From an uncultured Aliarcobacter sp. (lineage in GTDB: Bacteria; Campylobacterota; Campylobacteria; Campylobacterales; Arcobacteraceae): a DNA stretch of 64,000 nt. Shown piece by piece: positions 30,099 to 42,792 of this stretch; position 1 is the stretch's first letter; each line of letters starts with the position of its first letter. The position numbers and the translations under genes are program-made. The notes under the pieces were generated by a model. It saw only the letters and a list, made by a program, of their open reading frames with translations. It searched no databases and was not told the origin of the DNA. The stretch lies in contig OY781945.1 of NCBI GenBank assembly GCA_963677435.1, positions 448,001-512,000 on the forward strand, given 5' to 3'.

Positions 30099-30960
30099 TA
30101 ATGAAGAAATATTCTTATGTGCCATTTGTAATGTTGAAAGTGGTACATGTAATGAAGATTGTAAATTCTGTACACAAAGTGTAAGATATAAAGCTGATAT
30201 TCAAAGATATACACTAAAAAGTATAGAACAAATCGTATTAGAAGCAACAAAAGCCAGAGCAAATGGTGCTGTTGGATTTTGTTTAGTAACTGCTGGACTT
30301 GGTTTAACAGAGAAAAAAACTAAATTTATTGCCGAAGCTGCGCGTGCTATAAATAAAGAAAATTTAGGACTTAGATTAATTGCATGTAATGGAACGGCTA
30401 CAGTTGAGCAGTTAAAAGAGTTAAAAGCAGCAGGAATTAGCAATTACAACCATAATTTAGAAACATCAAGAGATTTTTATCCAACTATTTGTACTACTCA
30501 CTCTTGGGATGAGAGATATCAAACATGTTTAAATGTTAAAGAAGCTGGTTTAAAACTTGTTTGTGGTGGGATTTTTGGAATGGGTGAAACTCAAGAAGAT
30601 AGAATCTCTATGTTAGAGGCTATTAATTCATTAGATCCTATGAATGTTCCTCTTAACTTTTTTCATCCAAATAAAGCATTACCTATTGTTGAAAATACAA
30701 TTAATAGAGAAGAAGCATTTGACTTAATTACCTTAGCAAGAAAGATGATTCCTAATGCACATAAGATTATGGTTGCAGGTGGAAGAGAGTTAATGTTTGG
30801 TGATGAGCAATATGAAATTTTCAAAAGAGGAGCTAATGCTTTTGTTATTGGAGATTATTTAACTACAACTGGAAGAACTCCAAAAGATGATGTTGAAGCC
30901 CTTGAATCTTATGGTTATAAAATAGCTAAAAACTTTCATGTAATGCCTGACGAGAAATAG
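30088..30960 (+). CDS. bioB: Biotin synthase (radical SAM)
   Basis: CNEDCKFCTQS, YNHNLETS, CGGIFGMGET, GDYLTT. Confidence 0.95.
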   Translation: MNDNNEEIFLCAICNVESGTCNEDCKFCTQSVRYKADIQRYTLKSIEQIVLEATKARANGAVGFCLVTAGLGLTEKKTKFIAEAARAINKENLGLRLIACNGTATVEQLKELKAAGISNYNHNLETSRDFYPTICTTHSWDERYQTCLNVKEAGLKLVCGGIFGMGETQEDRISMLEAINSLDPMNVPLNFFHPNKALPIVENTINREEAFDLITLARKMIPNAHKIMVAGGRELMFGDEQYEIFKRGANAFVIGDYLTTTGRTPKDDVEALESYGYKIAKNFHVMPDEK

Positions 30961-30970
30961 GAATAGTTTA

Positions 30971-32131
30971 ATGAGTGAAGAAATACTAATAATCATATCA
31001 ATTTCATTAATAATATTTACTTCACCATTAGTCTCAAAACTTTTAAAACTCCCTACAATACCTGTTGAAATTATGTTAGGTGCACTTGCCGCCTATTTTG
31101 CATTTATTGTTGATCATCCAATTTTTCATTTAGTAGCCGAATTAGGATTTTTATATTTAATGTTCCTTGCTGGTATTGAAATTGATTTGAAAAAACTTTT
31201 ATGTATCTCTCCTACGATGCTAAAGAAATCACTTTTATATAATGTTGTATTATTTTCAAGTTCAATTCTTATTACCTTATATTTTGATTTAGGAAATATA
31301 TTTATTGTTATCTTACCACTTATATCTATTGGTGTTTTAGCGGCACTTAAAAAAGAGTATGGAGATACTGAATGGATTAAACTAGCATTTATTGTTGGAC
31401 TAATTGGAGAAGTATTATCTATCTTTGCTCTTACTACTGTATCTGCCGTTTTAGAATTTGGCTTAGGCATAGATTTTTATAAAACAATGGCTTTATTTAT
31501 GTTATTTTTGGTTGTAATGTTAATTATTTATAAATTATTTCATAATTTTATTTGGTGGTTTCCTGAGATTAAAAACTATTTAATGCCAGAAAAAGATCAT
31601 CAAGAACAAGATATTAGAATTTCTATGGCAATATTCTTTTTAATGATTACAGTTATGATGTATTTGCATTTAGAAATTGCTTTTGGAGCATTTATTGCAG
31701 GAATATTCATTACAACATTTTTTGAAGAGCATAATAAGCAATTACCTCATAAATTAGAACATTTTGGATTTGGTTGGTTAGTTCCTATATTTTTTATATC
31801 AGTTGGTTCTTCATTAGAAATAGAAGCTTTATTAAATTGGGATTTAGTAATTAAAGCATTATTAATAACACTTGCAATGGTTGCTATTAGATTAATAGCA
31901 TCATTATTGTTTGTAAAAGAAATGGGTTGGAATAAGTTTTTTATGTTAGGACTATCACATTCAATGCCACTTACTCTTTTAATTGCTGTAAGTACAATTG
32001 CTTATAATAATCATACAATCACACAAGAATACTACTATGCTTTTATTTTAGCATCTATACTTGAAGTATTACTTGTAATGATTGTTATTAGAATAATTAC
32101 AAGTTTAGTTTATTTTAGAAATAGTAATTAA
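30971..32131 (+). CDS. CPA2 family cation:proton antiporter
   Basis: About 12 TM segments, LGFLYLMFLAGIE, GAFIAG, PIFFISVG. Confidence 0.88.
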   Translation: MSEEILIIISISLIIFTSPLVSKLLKLPTIPVEIMLGALAAYFAFIVDHPIFHLVAELGFLYLMFLAGIEIDLKKLLCISPTMLKKSLLYNVVLFSSSILITLYFDLGNIFIVILPLISIGVLAALKKEYGDTEWIKLAFIVGLIGEVLSIFALTTVSAVLEFGLGIDFYKTMALFMLFLVVMLIIYKLFHNFIWWFPEIKNYLMPEKDHQEQDIRISMAIFFLMITVMMYLHLEIAFGAFIAGIFITTFFEEHNKQLPHKLEHFGFGWLVPIFFISVGSSLEIEALLNWDLVIKALLITLAMVAIRLIASLLFVKEMGWNKFFMLGLSHSMPLTLLIAVSTIAYNNHTITQEYYYAFILASILEVLLVMIVIRIITSLVYFRNSN

Positions 32132-32836
32132 GTCACCTTTATAAGTAACATCAAATTTTGATGGTTTATCACTTAATTCAACAGCAACTCTAAAATATCC
32201 ATCTTTTTTATGATTTCCAACTGCAACTTTTTGAAAACAAGATGATTCTAAACTATCTCTTCTTGTATTAAAATCAACTTTTCCTTTGTAATCGATGATA
32301 ATTTTATTTTCTTTAACTACAGAGAATTTTTTAGAAACTCCATAAGATGTAGTTATTAATAATTTATTATCATTATATTCAAGTTTTAGGAATGGTAGTA
32401 TATTTTTAGTTAATAAAGCTTCATCTTCAGCCACATCACTTCTTGGTTTAACATAAACAACTTGAGTAGGTTCTACATTCTTTTGAACTTCTTTTTTTAC
32501 AAGTTCTTTTGCTTTTTGTTCAGTTTGTTTTTTTGTTTTTTGAATTAAAGAATCAACTTCTCTTTTTGAGTATGTATCATCCTCAATAACAGTAGTAGGT
32601 TTACTTACTTTCTCTTCAACTTTATTTTCACCTTGCGAAGTTACATTTAACATTTTTTCTTGCATCTCTTGTATGTAAGGTGCATTTTCCATAGATTTTT
32701 TTACAGCTTTCTCATCTAAATTTATAATTTTGCCAAGATCTTGGTCAAAAACTGTTGTTGGTTCAAATGGATTTTCTCTCGCACTTAAATTTAAGGCTAA
32801 TGCTGTTGTTAATGTAAATAAAAATAAAGTTTTCAT
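32105..32836 (-). CDS. AMIN-domain periplasmic protein
   Basis: Signal peptide followed by ARENPF; C-terminal KIIIDY...VGNHKKDGYFRVAVEL; typical position after eno-ftsB. Confidence 0.78.
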   Translation of the reverse strand: MKTLFLFTLTTALALNLSARENPFEPTTVFDQDLGKIINLDEKAVKKSMENAPYIQEMQEKMLNVTSQGENKVEEKVSKPTTVIEDDTYSKREVDSLIQKTKKQTEQKAKELVKKEVQKNVEPTQVVYVKPRSDVAEDEALLTKNILPFLKLEYNDNKLLITTSYGVSKKFSVVKENKIIIDYKGKVDFNTRRDSLESSCFQKVAVGNHKKDGYFRVAVELSDKPSKFDVTYKGDLITISKIN

Positions 32837-33075
32837 TCTTCTGGCTCCAAATTTTTTAATTCAAAATACTCTTTTTGCAAATAAGCATTTTCTCTTTGTA
32901 ATCTTAAAATCTCATCTTCAAGGTACTCTTTTTTATATTTCAATGAGTTATAAACTTGTAAAGAGTTATCCCCAAAAAGAATATTGGTTGCGTGATATGA
33001 AAGATATACCGTTAGTGCTAAAGAAAATAGCACTATTAGTATAAATTTGTTATATACACGCATTTTTTGCATCAT
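32833..33075 (-). CDS. FtsB/septum-formation-initiator-like protein
   Basis: TM helix, FGDNS, then a coiled coil; directly downstream of eno. Confidence 0.75.
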   Translation of the reverse strand: MMQKMRVYNKFILIVLFSLALTVYLSYHATNILFGDNSLQVYNSLKYKKEYLEDEILRLQRENAYLQKEYFELKNLEPEE

Positions 33076-33084
33076 TAATCATTT

Positions 33085-34359
<1,275 letters not shown>

Positions 34360-34458
34360 TTAGGTCTCCTAATTTCATAATTTGATAGATTATAGCTAAA
34401 ATAAATTTGTTGTTTGCTTTTGTAGTTTTTTGTTAGTTGTTAATTTGTAGGTATTTTA

Positions 34459-34481
34459 CCAAAGGAAAAGATTTCCTTTGG
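34459..34481 (-). terminator. Hairpin downstream of recA
   Basis: CCAAAGGAAA-AGA-TTTCCTTTGG perfect 10-bp stem 12 bp past the recA stop. Confidence 0.6.
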
Positions 34482-34493
34482 CAGAGGTATTAG

Positions 34494-35543
34494 TTATTCG
34501 TCTATTTCAGATGCATCTTCAACATCATCTGTGCTACTACTTATTAGTGCATCATTAATTCCCATAGAATCAAGAATTTTTTTCTCAATCTCTTTTGCAA
34601 TTTCTGGATTATCTTTTAAGAATACTTTTGAGTTTTCTCTTCCTTGTCCAATTTTTGAATCACCATAAGAGAACCAGGCACCAGCTTTATCAACGATGTC
34701 AAGTTTAACACCATAATCAACTAATTCACCAGTTTTAGAGATACCCTCTCCAAACATAATGTCAAATTCTGCTAATTTAAATGGAGCTGCAACTTTATTT
34801 TTTACAACTTTAACTTTTACTCTATTTCCGATTGAATTTTCACCTTGTTTAAGTGTTGCAATTCTTCTAATATCAAGTCTTACAGATGAATAGAATTTAA
34901 GTGCATTTCCACCAGTTGTAGTTTCTGGACTTCCGTAACCTGTCATTCCAATTTTCATTCTGATTTGGTTAATGAAAATTACAGTACAGTTCATTTTGTT
35001 TAATAATCCAGTAATTTTTCTTAATGCTTTTGACATAAGTCTAGCTTGTACACCAACTTGCTGGTCATCCATATCTCCATCAATCTCAACTTTTGGAGTA
35101 AGAGCAGCAACTGAGTCAATTACAACTAAATCAACTGCACCAGATCTTATAACAGTTTCTAAAATTTCTAAAGCTTGCTCTCCAAAATCTGGTTGAGAAA
35201 CAAGTAAATTATCTGTATCAACACCTAAGTTTTTTGCATAACCAACATCTAAAGCATGTTCTGCATCAATAAATGCACAAACTCCACCAGCTTTTTGAGC
35301 TTCTGCAATTGCATGAAGCGTAAGAGTTGTTTTCCCTGAAGATTCAGGTCCATAAATTTCAATAACTCTTCCTTTTGGAAGACCACCAACACCTAGTGCT
35401 AAATCTAGTCCTAAAGAACCTGTACTAATAGTTTCAGTTGGAACTACAACTTTATCTCCAAGTCGGATAAGTGTACCTTTACCAAATGTTTTGTCTATTT
35501 GTTTTATTGCCAAGTCTAATGATTTTTTTTGATTTTCATCCAT
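34494..35543 (-). CDS. recA: Recombinase RecA
   Basis: [37 protein letters not shown]. Confidence 0.99.
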   Translation of the reverse strand: MDENQKKSLDLAIKQIDKTFGKGTLIRLGDKVVVPTETISTGSLGLDLALGVGGLPKGRVIEIYGPESSGKTTLTLHAIAEAQKAGGVCAFIDAEHALDVGYAKNLGVDTDNLLVSQPDFGEQALEILETVIRSGAVDLVVIDSVAALTPKVEIDGDMDDQQVGVQARLMSKALRKITGLLNKMNCTVIFINQIRMKIGMTGYGSPETTTGGNALKFYSSVRLDIRRIATLKQGENSIGNRVKVKVVKNKVAAPFKLAEFDIMFGEGISKTGELVDYGVKLDIVDKAGAWFSYGDSKIGQGRENSKVFLKDNPEIAKEIEKKILDSMGINDALISSSTDDVEDASEIDE

Positions 35544-35582
35544 TTTATTTCCTATATTGGTATGTTCTTATTTTATGTTGGG

Positions 35583-35591
35583 ATTTTAGCA
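35583..35591 (-). promoter_or_regulatory. Extended -10 for recA
   Basis: TGCTAAAAT on the minus strand about 40 bp upstream of the ATG. Confidence 0.45.
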
Positions 35592-35641
35592 GATTATTTA
35601 TGAAGTAAAGATTTATATTACAATTTGTAATGTTTTTTATT

Positions 35642-35839
35642 TTAACTATTTTCTTTTTCAATTCTTTCAATAGTTTCTATTGTTTTAATATGAGAATTTA
35701 CCCTTTGTTTCATAGTATAAGTTTTAATATGTTTTGCAAGTATTTTTGTATATTTCTTGTAATTTCGAGAATCTTTTTCTAAAGTAGATAATTTTTTTTG
35801 TATTTTTATTATATCTTCAGGGATTATATTGTTTTGCAT
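35642..35839 (-). CDS. Small basic hypothetical protein
   Basis: 65-aa ORF with AAGG RBS filling the recA-pseB gap. Confidence 0.6.
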   Translation of the reverse strand: MQNNIIPEDIIKIQKKLSTLEKDSRNYKKYTKILAKHIKTYTMKQRVNSHIKTIETIERIEKENS

Positions 35840-35898
35840 TAAAAAAGGCCTTCGTTGAATATTTTTTAGATTATTACATATACAAGATTAAAATATAA

Positions 35899-36948
<1,050 letters not shown>

Positions 36949-38073
36949 ATGAATTTTATACCTTATGGAAAACAAACTATTGGTGAAGATGATATAAATA
37001 GTGTAATTGAAGTTCTAAAATCTGATTTTTTAACAACAGGTCCAAAAGTAAAAGAATTCGAAGAACAAATAGCCTCTTATTGTGGTGCTAAATATTGTGT
37101 AGCTGTTTCAAATGGAACAGCAGCACTTCATTTAGGCTCACTTGTGTTATTAAATGAAAATGATAAAGTTCTAACAACTCCAAACTCTTTTTTAGCAACT
37201 TCAAACTCAATTTTATATGCAAATGCAAAACCAATTTTTGTGGATATTATAGAAGATGGAAATATAGATTTAGATTTATGCGAAGAAGAGTTAAAAAAAG
37301 ACTCTTCAATAAAAGCAATTTATGCTGTTCATTTTTCTGGAAATCCAGTAAATCAGACTAAATTAAAATATTTAAAAGAAACATACAAAATAAAAATTCT
37401 AGAAGATTGTGCTCACTCAATTGGTGCAACATTTGAAGGAATTAAAGCGGGGAGTTGTACAAATAGTGATATTTCAATATTCTCTTTTCATCCAGTAAAA
37501 CATATAACAACAGGTGAAGGAGGGGCAATTACCACAAATTCAAAAGAGTTACATGAAAAACTTTTAATTTTAAGAGGCCATGGAATGGTTAAAGATGCTT
37601 CAATGAAACCATGGGAATATGAGATGCAATCTTTAGGCTTTAATTATAGGATTACGGATTTTCAATGTGCATTGGGATTAAGTCAACTAAATAAATTAGA
37701 TAATTTTATTCAAAGAAGAAGAGAATTAGCAAAAAATTATGATGATGCTTTTGAAAATAGTTTAATTAAACCTTTGTATAAATTTACAGAAAACTCTTCC
37801 TATCATCTTTATGTGGTACGAGTTGATTTTAATAAATTAACTATTAGTAAAGAAGAGTTGTTTATAAAAATGAGAGAGTTAAATATAGGTTTACAACTTC
37901 ACTATATTCCAATAAATAAACAACCATTTTATAAATCTTTAGGTTATGGAAATGAGAGTATTCCTGTAATGGAAAAATACTATAAAGAGAGTTTTTCAAT
38001 TCCTCTATATCCTTCTTTAACTAATGAGGAACAAGAGTTTGTAATTAAAAGTTTGTTAGAAAATATAAAATAA
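36949..38073 (+). CDS. pseC: UDP-4-keto-6-deoxy-AltNAc aminotransferase (PLP)
   Basis: IPYGKQ, LTTGP, EDCAHSIG, FSFHPVKHITTGEGG, GFNYRITD. Confidence 0.94.
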   Translation: MNFIPYGKQTIGEDDINSVIEVLKSDFLTTGPKVKEFEEQIASYCGAKYCVAVSNGTAALHLGSLVLLNENDKVLTTPNSFLATSNSILYANAKPIFVDIIEDGNIDLDLCEEELKKDSSIKAIYAVHFSGNPVNQTKLKYLKETYKIKILEDCAHSIGATFEGIKAGSCTNSDISIFSFHPVKHITTGEGGAITTNSKELHEKLLILRGHGMVKDASMKPWEYEMQSLGFNYRITDFQCALGLSQLNKLDNFIQRRRELAKNYDDAFENSLIKPLYKFTENSSYHLYVVRVDFNKLTISKEELFIKMRELNIGLQLHYIPINKQPFYKSLGYGNESIPVMEKYYKESFSIPLYPSLTNEEQEFVIKSLLENIK

Positions 38074-38082
38074 GGGATTAAA

Positions 38083-39264
38083 ATGCAGATATTGATTTAT
38101 AAAGGAAGCTCTCAATATGGGGCATTTGATTATTTTACTGTAAGTTTAAAGAAGGCTTTAGAAGCAAGAAGTCATAGTGTGGAGATATTTGATTTAACAA
38201 TCCCAAATGCAATGGATGGTCTCTCGGAAATTTTCACTAACAAGGTGTTTGATTTAGTAATTGGCTTTAATGGTGTTGGATGTGATTTAAAAGTAGGGAA
38301 TGAATCTATATATAATATTGTAAAAACATATTTTTTAGGAATTTTTGTTGATCATCCAGTTTATCATATATCAAGATTAGCTTCTCCAATGCACTATTTT
38401 TTAGCTTCTTTTTTAGATAAAGCTCACGTTGATTTTCTTCAAAACTCTATGCCTGAAAGTCAAGTTTTAAAATTCTTTATGCCACTTTCAGGCGAAGAGT
38501 TTGGAAAAAGTATTGAAAACTATGAAGAGTATAAATCTATAAAAGATATTGATATTTTATTCACAGGTTCTAACTTTGGAAGCCCTACAAAAAAATGGGA
38601 AAATATTGATTCAATTCCAAATTATTTATTTGAAGAGATTGCACAAAAATTAATTGAAGATGAATATATCAGTGTTGAAGAAGCTTATAATCAAGTGATG
38701 AATAGATATAAAATCGCTTTTAATTCTATATCAAAAGCTCAAATGGCATCTTTTTTATCAATGGTTGTAAGTTATGTACGAGAGTATAAAAGAGACGTGA
38801 TATTAAAAAAACTTTTTCAAAGTGATTTAAAAATTACTGTTTATGGTAAAAATTGGGCTGAAGTGGTAAGTGAGTATCCTAATGTTATAAATGGTGGAGA
38901 AGTTACACTTGAAAAAACAATAGAATTAACAAAAAAAGTAAAAGTTGTTATAAATTTAAATACTAATTTTACTCAAGGTGGACACGATAGAGTTTTTACA
39001 GGAATGTTAAATCATGCGGTTGTATTTACTGATAAAAGTACTTATTATGATGAGTATTTTACGGATGAAGTTGATTATTTAACATATTCTTTAAACACAC
39101 TTGAATCAGATATTGAGAAATTAAGAGTTAATTTAAAAGATGATAAAAAACTATTTGAAATGGCTAATAATGCTTATAGTTTAACTAAAGCAAATCATAC
39201 TTGGGATAATAGAGCAAAATATTTAGAAGAGATTGTTTCTTTTGTTAAGAAAATAAATTCATAG
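38083..39264 (+). CDS. CgeB-like GT-B glycosyltransferase inserted in the pse operon
   Basis: VDHP, DILFTGS, INLN...HDRVF..M, C-terminal HTWDNRA. Confidence 0.7.
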   Translation: MQILIYKGSSQYGAFDYFTVSLKKALEARSHSVEIFDLTIPNAMDGLSEIFTNKVFDLVIGFNGVGCDLKVGNESIYNIVKTYFLGIFVDHPVYHISRLASPMHYFLASFLDKAHVDFLQNSMPESQVLKFFMPLSGEEFGKSIENYEEYKSIKDIDILFTGSNFGSPTKKWENIDSIPNYLFEEIAQKLIEDEYISVEEAYNQVMNRYKIAFNSISKAQMASFLSMVVSYVREYKRDVILKKLFQSDLKITVYGKNWAEVVSEYPNVINGGEVTLEKTIELTKKVKVVINLNTNFTQGGHDRVFTGMLNHAVVFTDKSTYYDEYFTDEVDYLTYSLNTLESDIEKLRVNLKDDKKLFEMANNAYSLTKANHTWDNRAKYLEEIVSFVKKINS

Positions 39265-39271
39265 GATAAAA

Positions 39272-39970
39272 ATGAACAAAACAGTAGCAATTATTCCAGC
39301 TCGCGGTGGAAGTAAAAGAATTCCTAGAAAAAATATTAAAGATTTTCATGGAATGCCACTAATTGCTTATAGTATTAAAGTTGCTTTAAAATCTAAGCTT
39401 TTTGATAAGGTTATTGTTTCAACTGATGATGAAGAGATTGCCAAAATTGCTGAGAAGTATGGGGCAAGTGTTCCATTTATTAGACCAATTGAATTAAGTG
39501 ATGATTTTACAGGAACGGGTGCAGTTGTAAATCACGCTTTAGAGTATTTAAAAAGTGTTGGTGAAATTTATGATTTTGTTTGCATTATTTATGCAACAGC
39601 TCCTTTTTTAGATGAAAAATATTTGATTGAAGGTTTTGAAAAACTGAGAAATTCAAATGCAAGAAATGCTTTTTCTTGCACTTCAATGCCATTTCCAATT
39701 CAAAGAACTTTTAAAATTACTAAAGATGAAAGATGTGAAATGTTTTGGCCTGAAAACTTTTCTAAAAGAAGCCAAGATTTGGAAGAGGCTTTTCAAGATG
39801 CAGGACAGTTTTATTGGACAAATTTGAATATAAAATCAAATGAAATTATATTTGCAAAAGATTCTATTCCAATTATACTTCCTAGATTTCTTGTTCAAGA
39901 TATTGATACTTTAGAAGATTGGAAAAGAGCTGAAATTATGTATGAAGTTATACAAAAGGCAAAATCATGA
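39272..39970 (+). CDS. pseF: Pseudaminic acid cytidylyltransferase
   Basis: IIPARGGSKRIPRKNIK, RSQDLEEAFQDAGQFYW, QDIDTLEDW. Confidence 0.94.
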   Translation: MNKTVAIIPARGGSKRIPRKNIKDFHGMPLIAYSIKVALKSKLFDKVIVSTDDEEIAKIAEKYGASVPFIRPIELSDDFTGTGAVVNHALEYLKSVGEIYDFVCIIYATAPFLDEKYLIEGFEKLRNSNARNAFSCTSMPFPIQRTFKITKDERCEMFWPENFSKRSQDLEEAFQDAGQFYWTNLNIKSNEIIFAKDSIPIILPRFLVQDIDTLEDWKRAEIMYEVIQKAKS

Positions 39971-41001
39971 AAATAGGAAACTTTGATTTACAAAAAGATG
40001 GAACTTATATTATTGCAGAACTTAGTGCAAATCATAATGGAAGTTTACAAACAGCCCTTGACACAATAAAAGCAGCTAAAGAAATAGGTGCAAATGCCAT
40101 AAAACTTCAAACTTATACAGCAGATACTTTAACTTTAAATTGTAAAAATGATGATTTTATGGTTAAAGGTGGAACTTTATGGGATGGAAAAAGTTTATAT
40201 GAACTTTATGAATGGGCAACAACTCCTTGGGAGTGGCACAAAGAGTTATTTGCGTATGCAAGAAGTTTAGATATAGATATTTTTTCAACTCCTTTTGATA
40301 AAAGTGCTGTTGATTTTCTTGAACAATTTAGTCCAAGTGCATATAAAATCGCCTCTTTTGAAATAACTGATTATGAGTTAATAAGATATACTGCAAGTAA
40401 ACAAAAACCAATTATCATTAGTACAGGAATTGCAACAATTGATGAGATTTTAGATGTGATAGATATTTGTAAAAGTGTTGGAAATGAGAATGTTATTCTT
40501 CTAAAATGCACAAGTGAATATCCAGCACTTTTAGAAGAAGCGAATTTAAAAACAATTTCAAATATGAAAGAGACTTTTGGAGTTGAGGTTGGATTTTCTG
40601 ACCATACTTTAGGAATTACTGCTCCAATAGTTGCAGTTACTTTAGGTGCAAAAGTAATTGAAAAACATTTTATCTTAGATAAATCAATTGGTGGAGCTGA
40701 TTGTGATTTTTCTTTGGATAAAAAAGAGTTTTCTTCTATGATTCAAGCAGTAAGAGAAACGGAAAAACTTCTCGGTAGAGTTGATTATAGTTTAAATGAG
40801 AAAAAACAAAAACAAAGAAGATTTTCAAGAAGTCTTTATGTTTCAAAAGAGATAAAAAAAGGCGAAATTTTTACTCTTGAAAATATAAAATCAGTTCGAC
40901 CAGGTTTTGGACTTCATCCAAAATATCTAAATGAGATTTTGGGAAAAACAGCACTTAAAGATTATAAATTAGGAGATAGAGTTGAAAAATATACTTTTTA
41001 G
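39967..41001 (+). CDS. pseI: Pseudaminic acid synthase
   Basis: AELSANHNG, KLQTYTADT, YKIASFE, SDHTLG, IEKHF, C-terminal SAF domain VRPGFGLHP. Confidence 0.94.
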   Translation: MKIGNFDLQKDGTYIIAELSANHNGSLQTALDTIKAAKEIGANAIKLQTYTADTLTLNCKNDDFMVKGGTLWDGKSLYELYEWATTPWEWHKELFAYARSLDIDIFSTPFDKSAVDFLEQFSPSAYKIASFEITDYELIRYTASKQKPIIISTGIATIDEILDVIDICKSVGNENVILLKCTSEYPALLEEANLKTISNMKETFGVEVGFSDHTLGITAPIVAVTLGAKVIEKHFILDKSIGGADCDFSLDKKEFSSMIQAVRETEKLLGRVDYSLNEKKQKQRRFSRSLYVSKEIKKGEIFTLENIKSVRPGFGLHPKYLNEILGKTALKDYKLGDRVEKYTF

Positions 41002-41959
41002 ATGTGATTCTTCCTCTACAATTGGTTTAGGGCATGTTAAAAGATGTTTACTTTTGGCAAAAAGATTAAAAGAGCATGATAAAAATCTAAAGATACTTTT
41101 TGCAACACAAAAGTTATATGGAAATATAAATGAAGAGATTTTAAAATCTGGATTTTCTATTTATTCTATTAGTGATAATAGTGTGAAGATGTTGGATTAT
41201 TTTGTTAAAGGCTTGAAAACAAATTTATTAGTTATTGATTCTTATGATATAGATTATAAATTTGAAGAGCAAATAAAAATTCAAAATCCAACTTTAAAAA
41301 TACTAAGTTTTGATGATACTATAAATCCACATTGCTCTGACATGGTTTTAAATCATGGAGTTCAAGCCCAAGAAAAAGAGTATAAAAGATTAGTTTCTAA
41401 AAAAACAAAACTATTTTGTGGAAGTGAATATACACTTTTAAGGGATGAGTTTTTAGAAGCAAAAAGAGTAAAAGTTACAAGAAATAGTGTTGCAGTTATT
41501 TTAGGTGGAAATGATGTTTTAAATCTCTCTTCAAAAATCGCAGATTTACTTTTGGAAATTAACAAAAAATATAAAATCACAATCATTACAACAAGTGCAA
41601 ATCAAAATCTAAAAGAGTTAAAACAAAGCAAAGATATTGAAGTTTTGGTTGATATAAATAACATTGCATCGGTATTAGCCTCAAAAAGTTTGGTAATCAC
41701 TGCAAGTGGGGGAACTTTGTTTGAGGTTTTATCTTTGAAGAAAAAGTTTATAAATATTGAAGTTGCACTTAATCAAAAAGTTGTGGATAAGTTTTTGAAA
41801 AATAAAGGCATAAAAACAACAATTAAAGCCGAAGATTTAACAAAAGAGAGTTTAAAAAACAGAATTGAATATATAAAAAAGAACAACGTTTATAAAAAAC
41901 TAACTCTAAAATTTGCAAAAAACAGATTGGTTAAACAGATTTTAAAAGAGTTAAAATGA
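40982..41959 (+). CDS. pseG: UDP-2,4-diacetamido-2,4,6-trideoxy-altrose hydrolase
   Basis: FRCDSSSTIGLGHVKRC, IDSY, LLRDEF, ITASGGTLFE, NQ. Confidence 0.92.
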   Translation: MKNILFRCDSSSTIGLGHVKRCLLLAKRLKEHDKNLKILFATQKLYGNINEEILKSGFSIYSISDNSVKMLDYFVKGLKTNLLVIDSYDIDYKFEEQIKIQNPTLKILSFDDTINPHCSDMVLNHGVQAQEKEYKRLVSKKTKLFCGSEYTLLRDEFLEAKRVKVTRNSVAVILGGNDVLNLSSKIADLLLEINKKYKITIITTSANQNLKELKQSKDIEVLVDINNIASVLASKSLVITASGGTLFEVLSLKKKFINIEVALNQKVVDKFLKNKGIKTTIKAEDLTKESLKNRIEYIKKNNVYKKLTLKFAKNRLVKQILKELK

Positions 41960-42492
41960 AAATAGTTTTTAAAGAGTATTCCTCTTTAACTAAAATCCAA
42001 TCCAAAGAGATTTTGGATATTAGAAATCTAGATTACATTAGAAAAAATATGATTACAAATGAAATCATAAGTTTACAAAATCATTTAAAATGGATTGAAT
42101 CTTTAAAAATAAATTTAGAAAAAAAATATTTTGCAGTGCTTAAAGAAAATGAAGTTTTAGGTTCTTGTTCTTGGATAAAAGAAGAAAATGCCTTTACTTG
42201 GGGAATATTTTTTAAAGATGGTGTTAATCCAATAATCTCATCTTGTTGTGCTTATTTATTTTTAGAGCACTGTTTTTTTGATGAAAAGATAAAGGAACTT
42301 GGCTCATTAGTAAAAAAAGAGAATAACGTAGCTTTGAATTTTAATAAAAATTTTGGTTTTAAAATTTATAAAGAAGATGAAAACTATTTTTATTTAAAAC
42401 TTGAAAAAGAAGATTGGGAAAATAACAAAAATAGTAGATTAATAAAATCAATTAAAAAGTATTTAGATAAAATAGAGTATCAATTTAGTTAA
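41956..42492 (+). CDS. pseH: GNAT N-acyltransferase of the Pse pathway
   Basis: IRNLDYIRKNM...HLKWIESL; V.KEN.VAL.FNKNFGF; follows pseG. Confidence 0.82.
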   Translation: MKIVFKEYSSLTKIQSKEILDIRNLDYIRKNMITNEIISLQNHLKWIESLKINLEKKYFAVLKENEVLGSCSWIKEENAFTWGIFFKDGVNPIISSCCAYLFLEHCFFDEKIKELGSLVKKENNVALNFNKNFGFKIYKEDENYFYLKLEKEDWENNKNSRLIKSIKKYLDKIEYQFS

Positions 42493-42501
42493 AGGGTAGA
42501 T

Positions 42502-42792
42502 TTGAAAGATAAAATTGAAAAAATCATAATAGAAACATTGTTTGAATTAAATGAAGAATTAGAAAATGAATCTTTACAAAATCCAGATTCTAAAACAAAA
42601 CTATATGGAGCAAATGGTGGTTTAGATTCTTTGGCGCTAGTTAGTTTTATAACAGATTTAGAAGAAAAAATCTCAGATGAGTTTGACAAAGAGATAGTTT
42701 TAGCCGATGAAAAAGCAATGAGTGCAAAAACATCACCTTTTAGAACTGTTGAGAGTTTGACTTTATATATTAAATCTTTATTGGAAAATTAA
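42502..42792 (+). CDS. Acyl carrier protein
   Basis: Acidic 96-aa protein with GLDSLALV phosphopantetheine site. Confidence 0.88.
   Translation: MKDKIEKIIIETLFELNEELENESLQNPDSKTKLYGANGGLDSLALVSFITDLEEKISDEFDKEIVLADEKAMSAKTSPFRTVESLTLYIKSLLEN

Noticed and set aside
32105..32131. 27-bp overlap of the convergent antiporter and AMIN gene ends
   Set aside because: Both ORFs look intact, and short tail-to-tail overlaps are common in compact genomes
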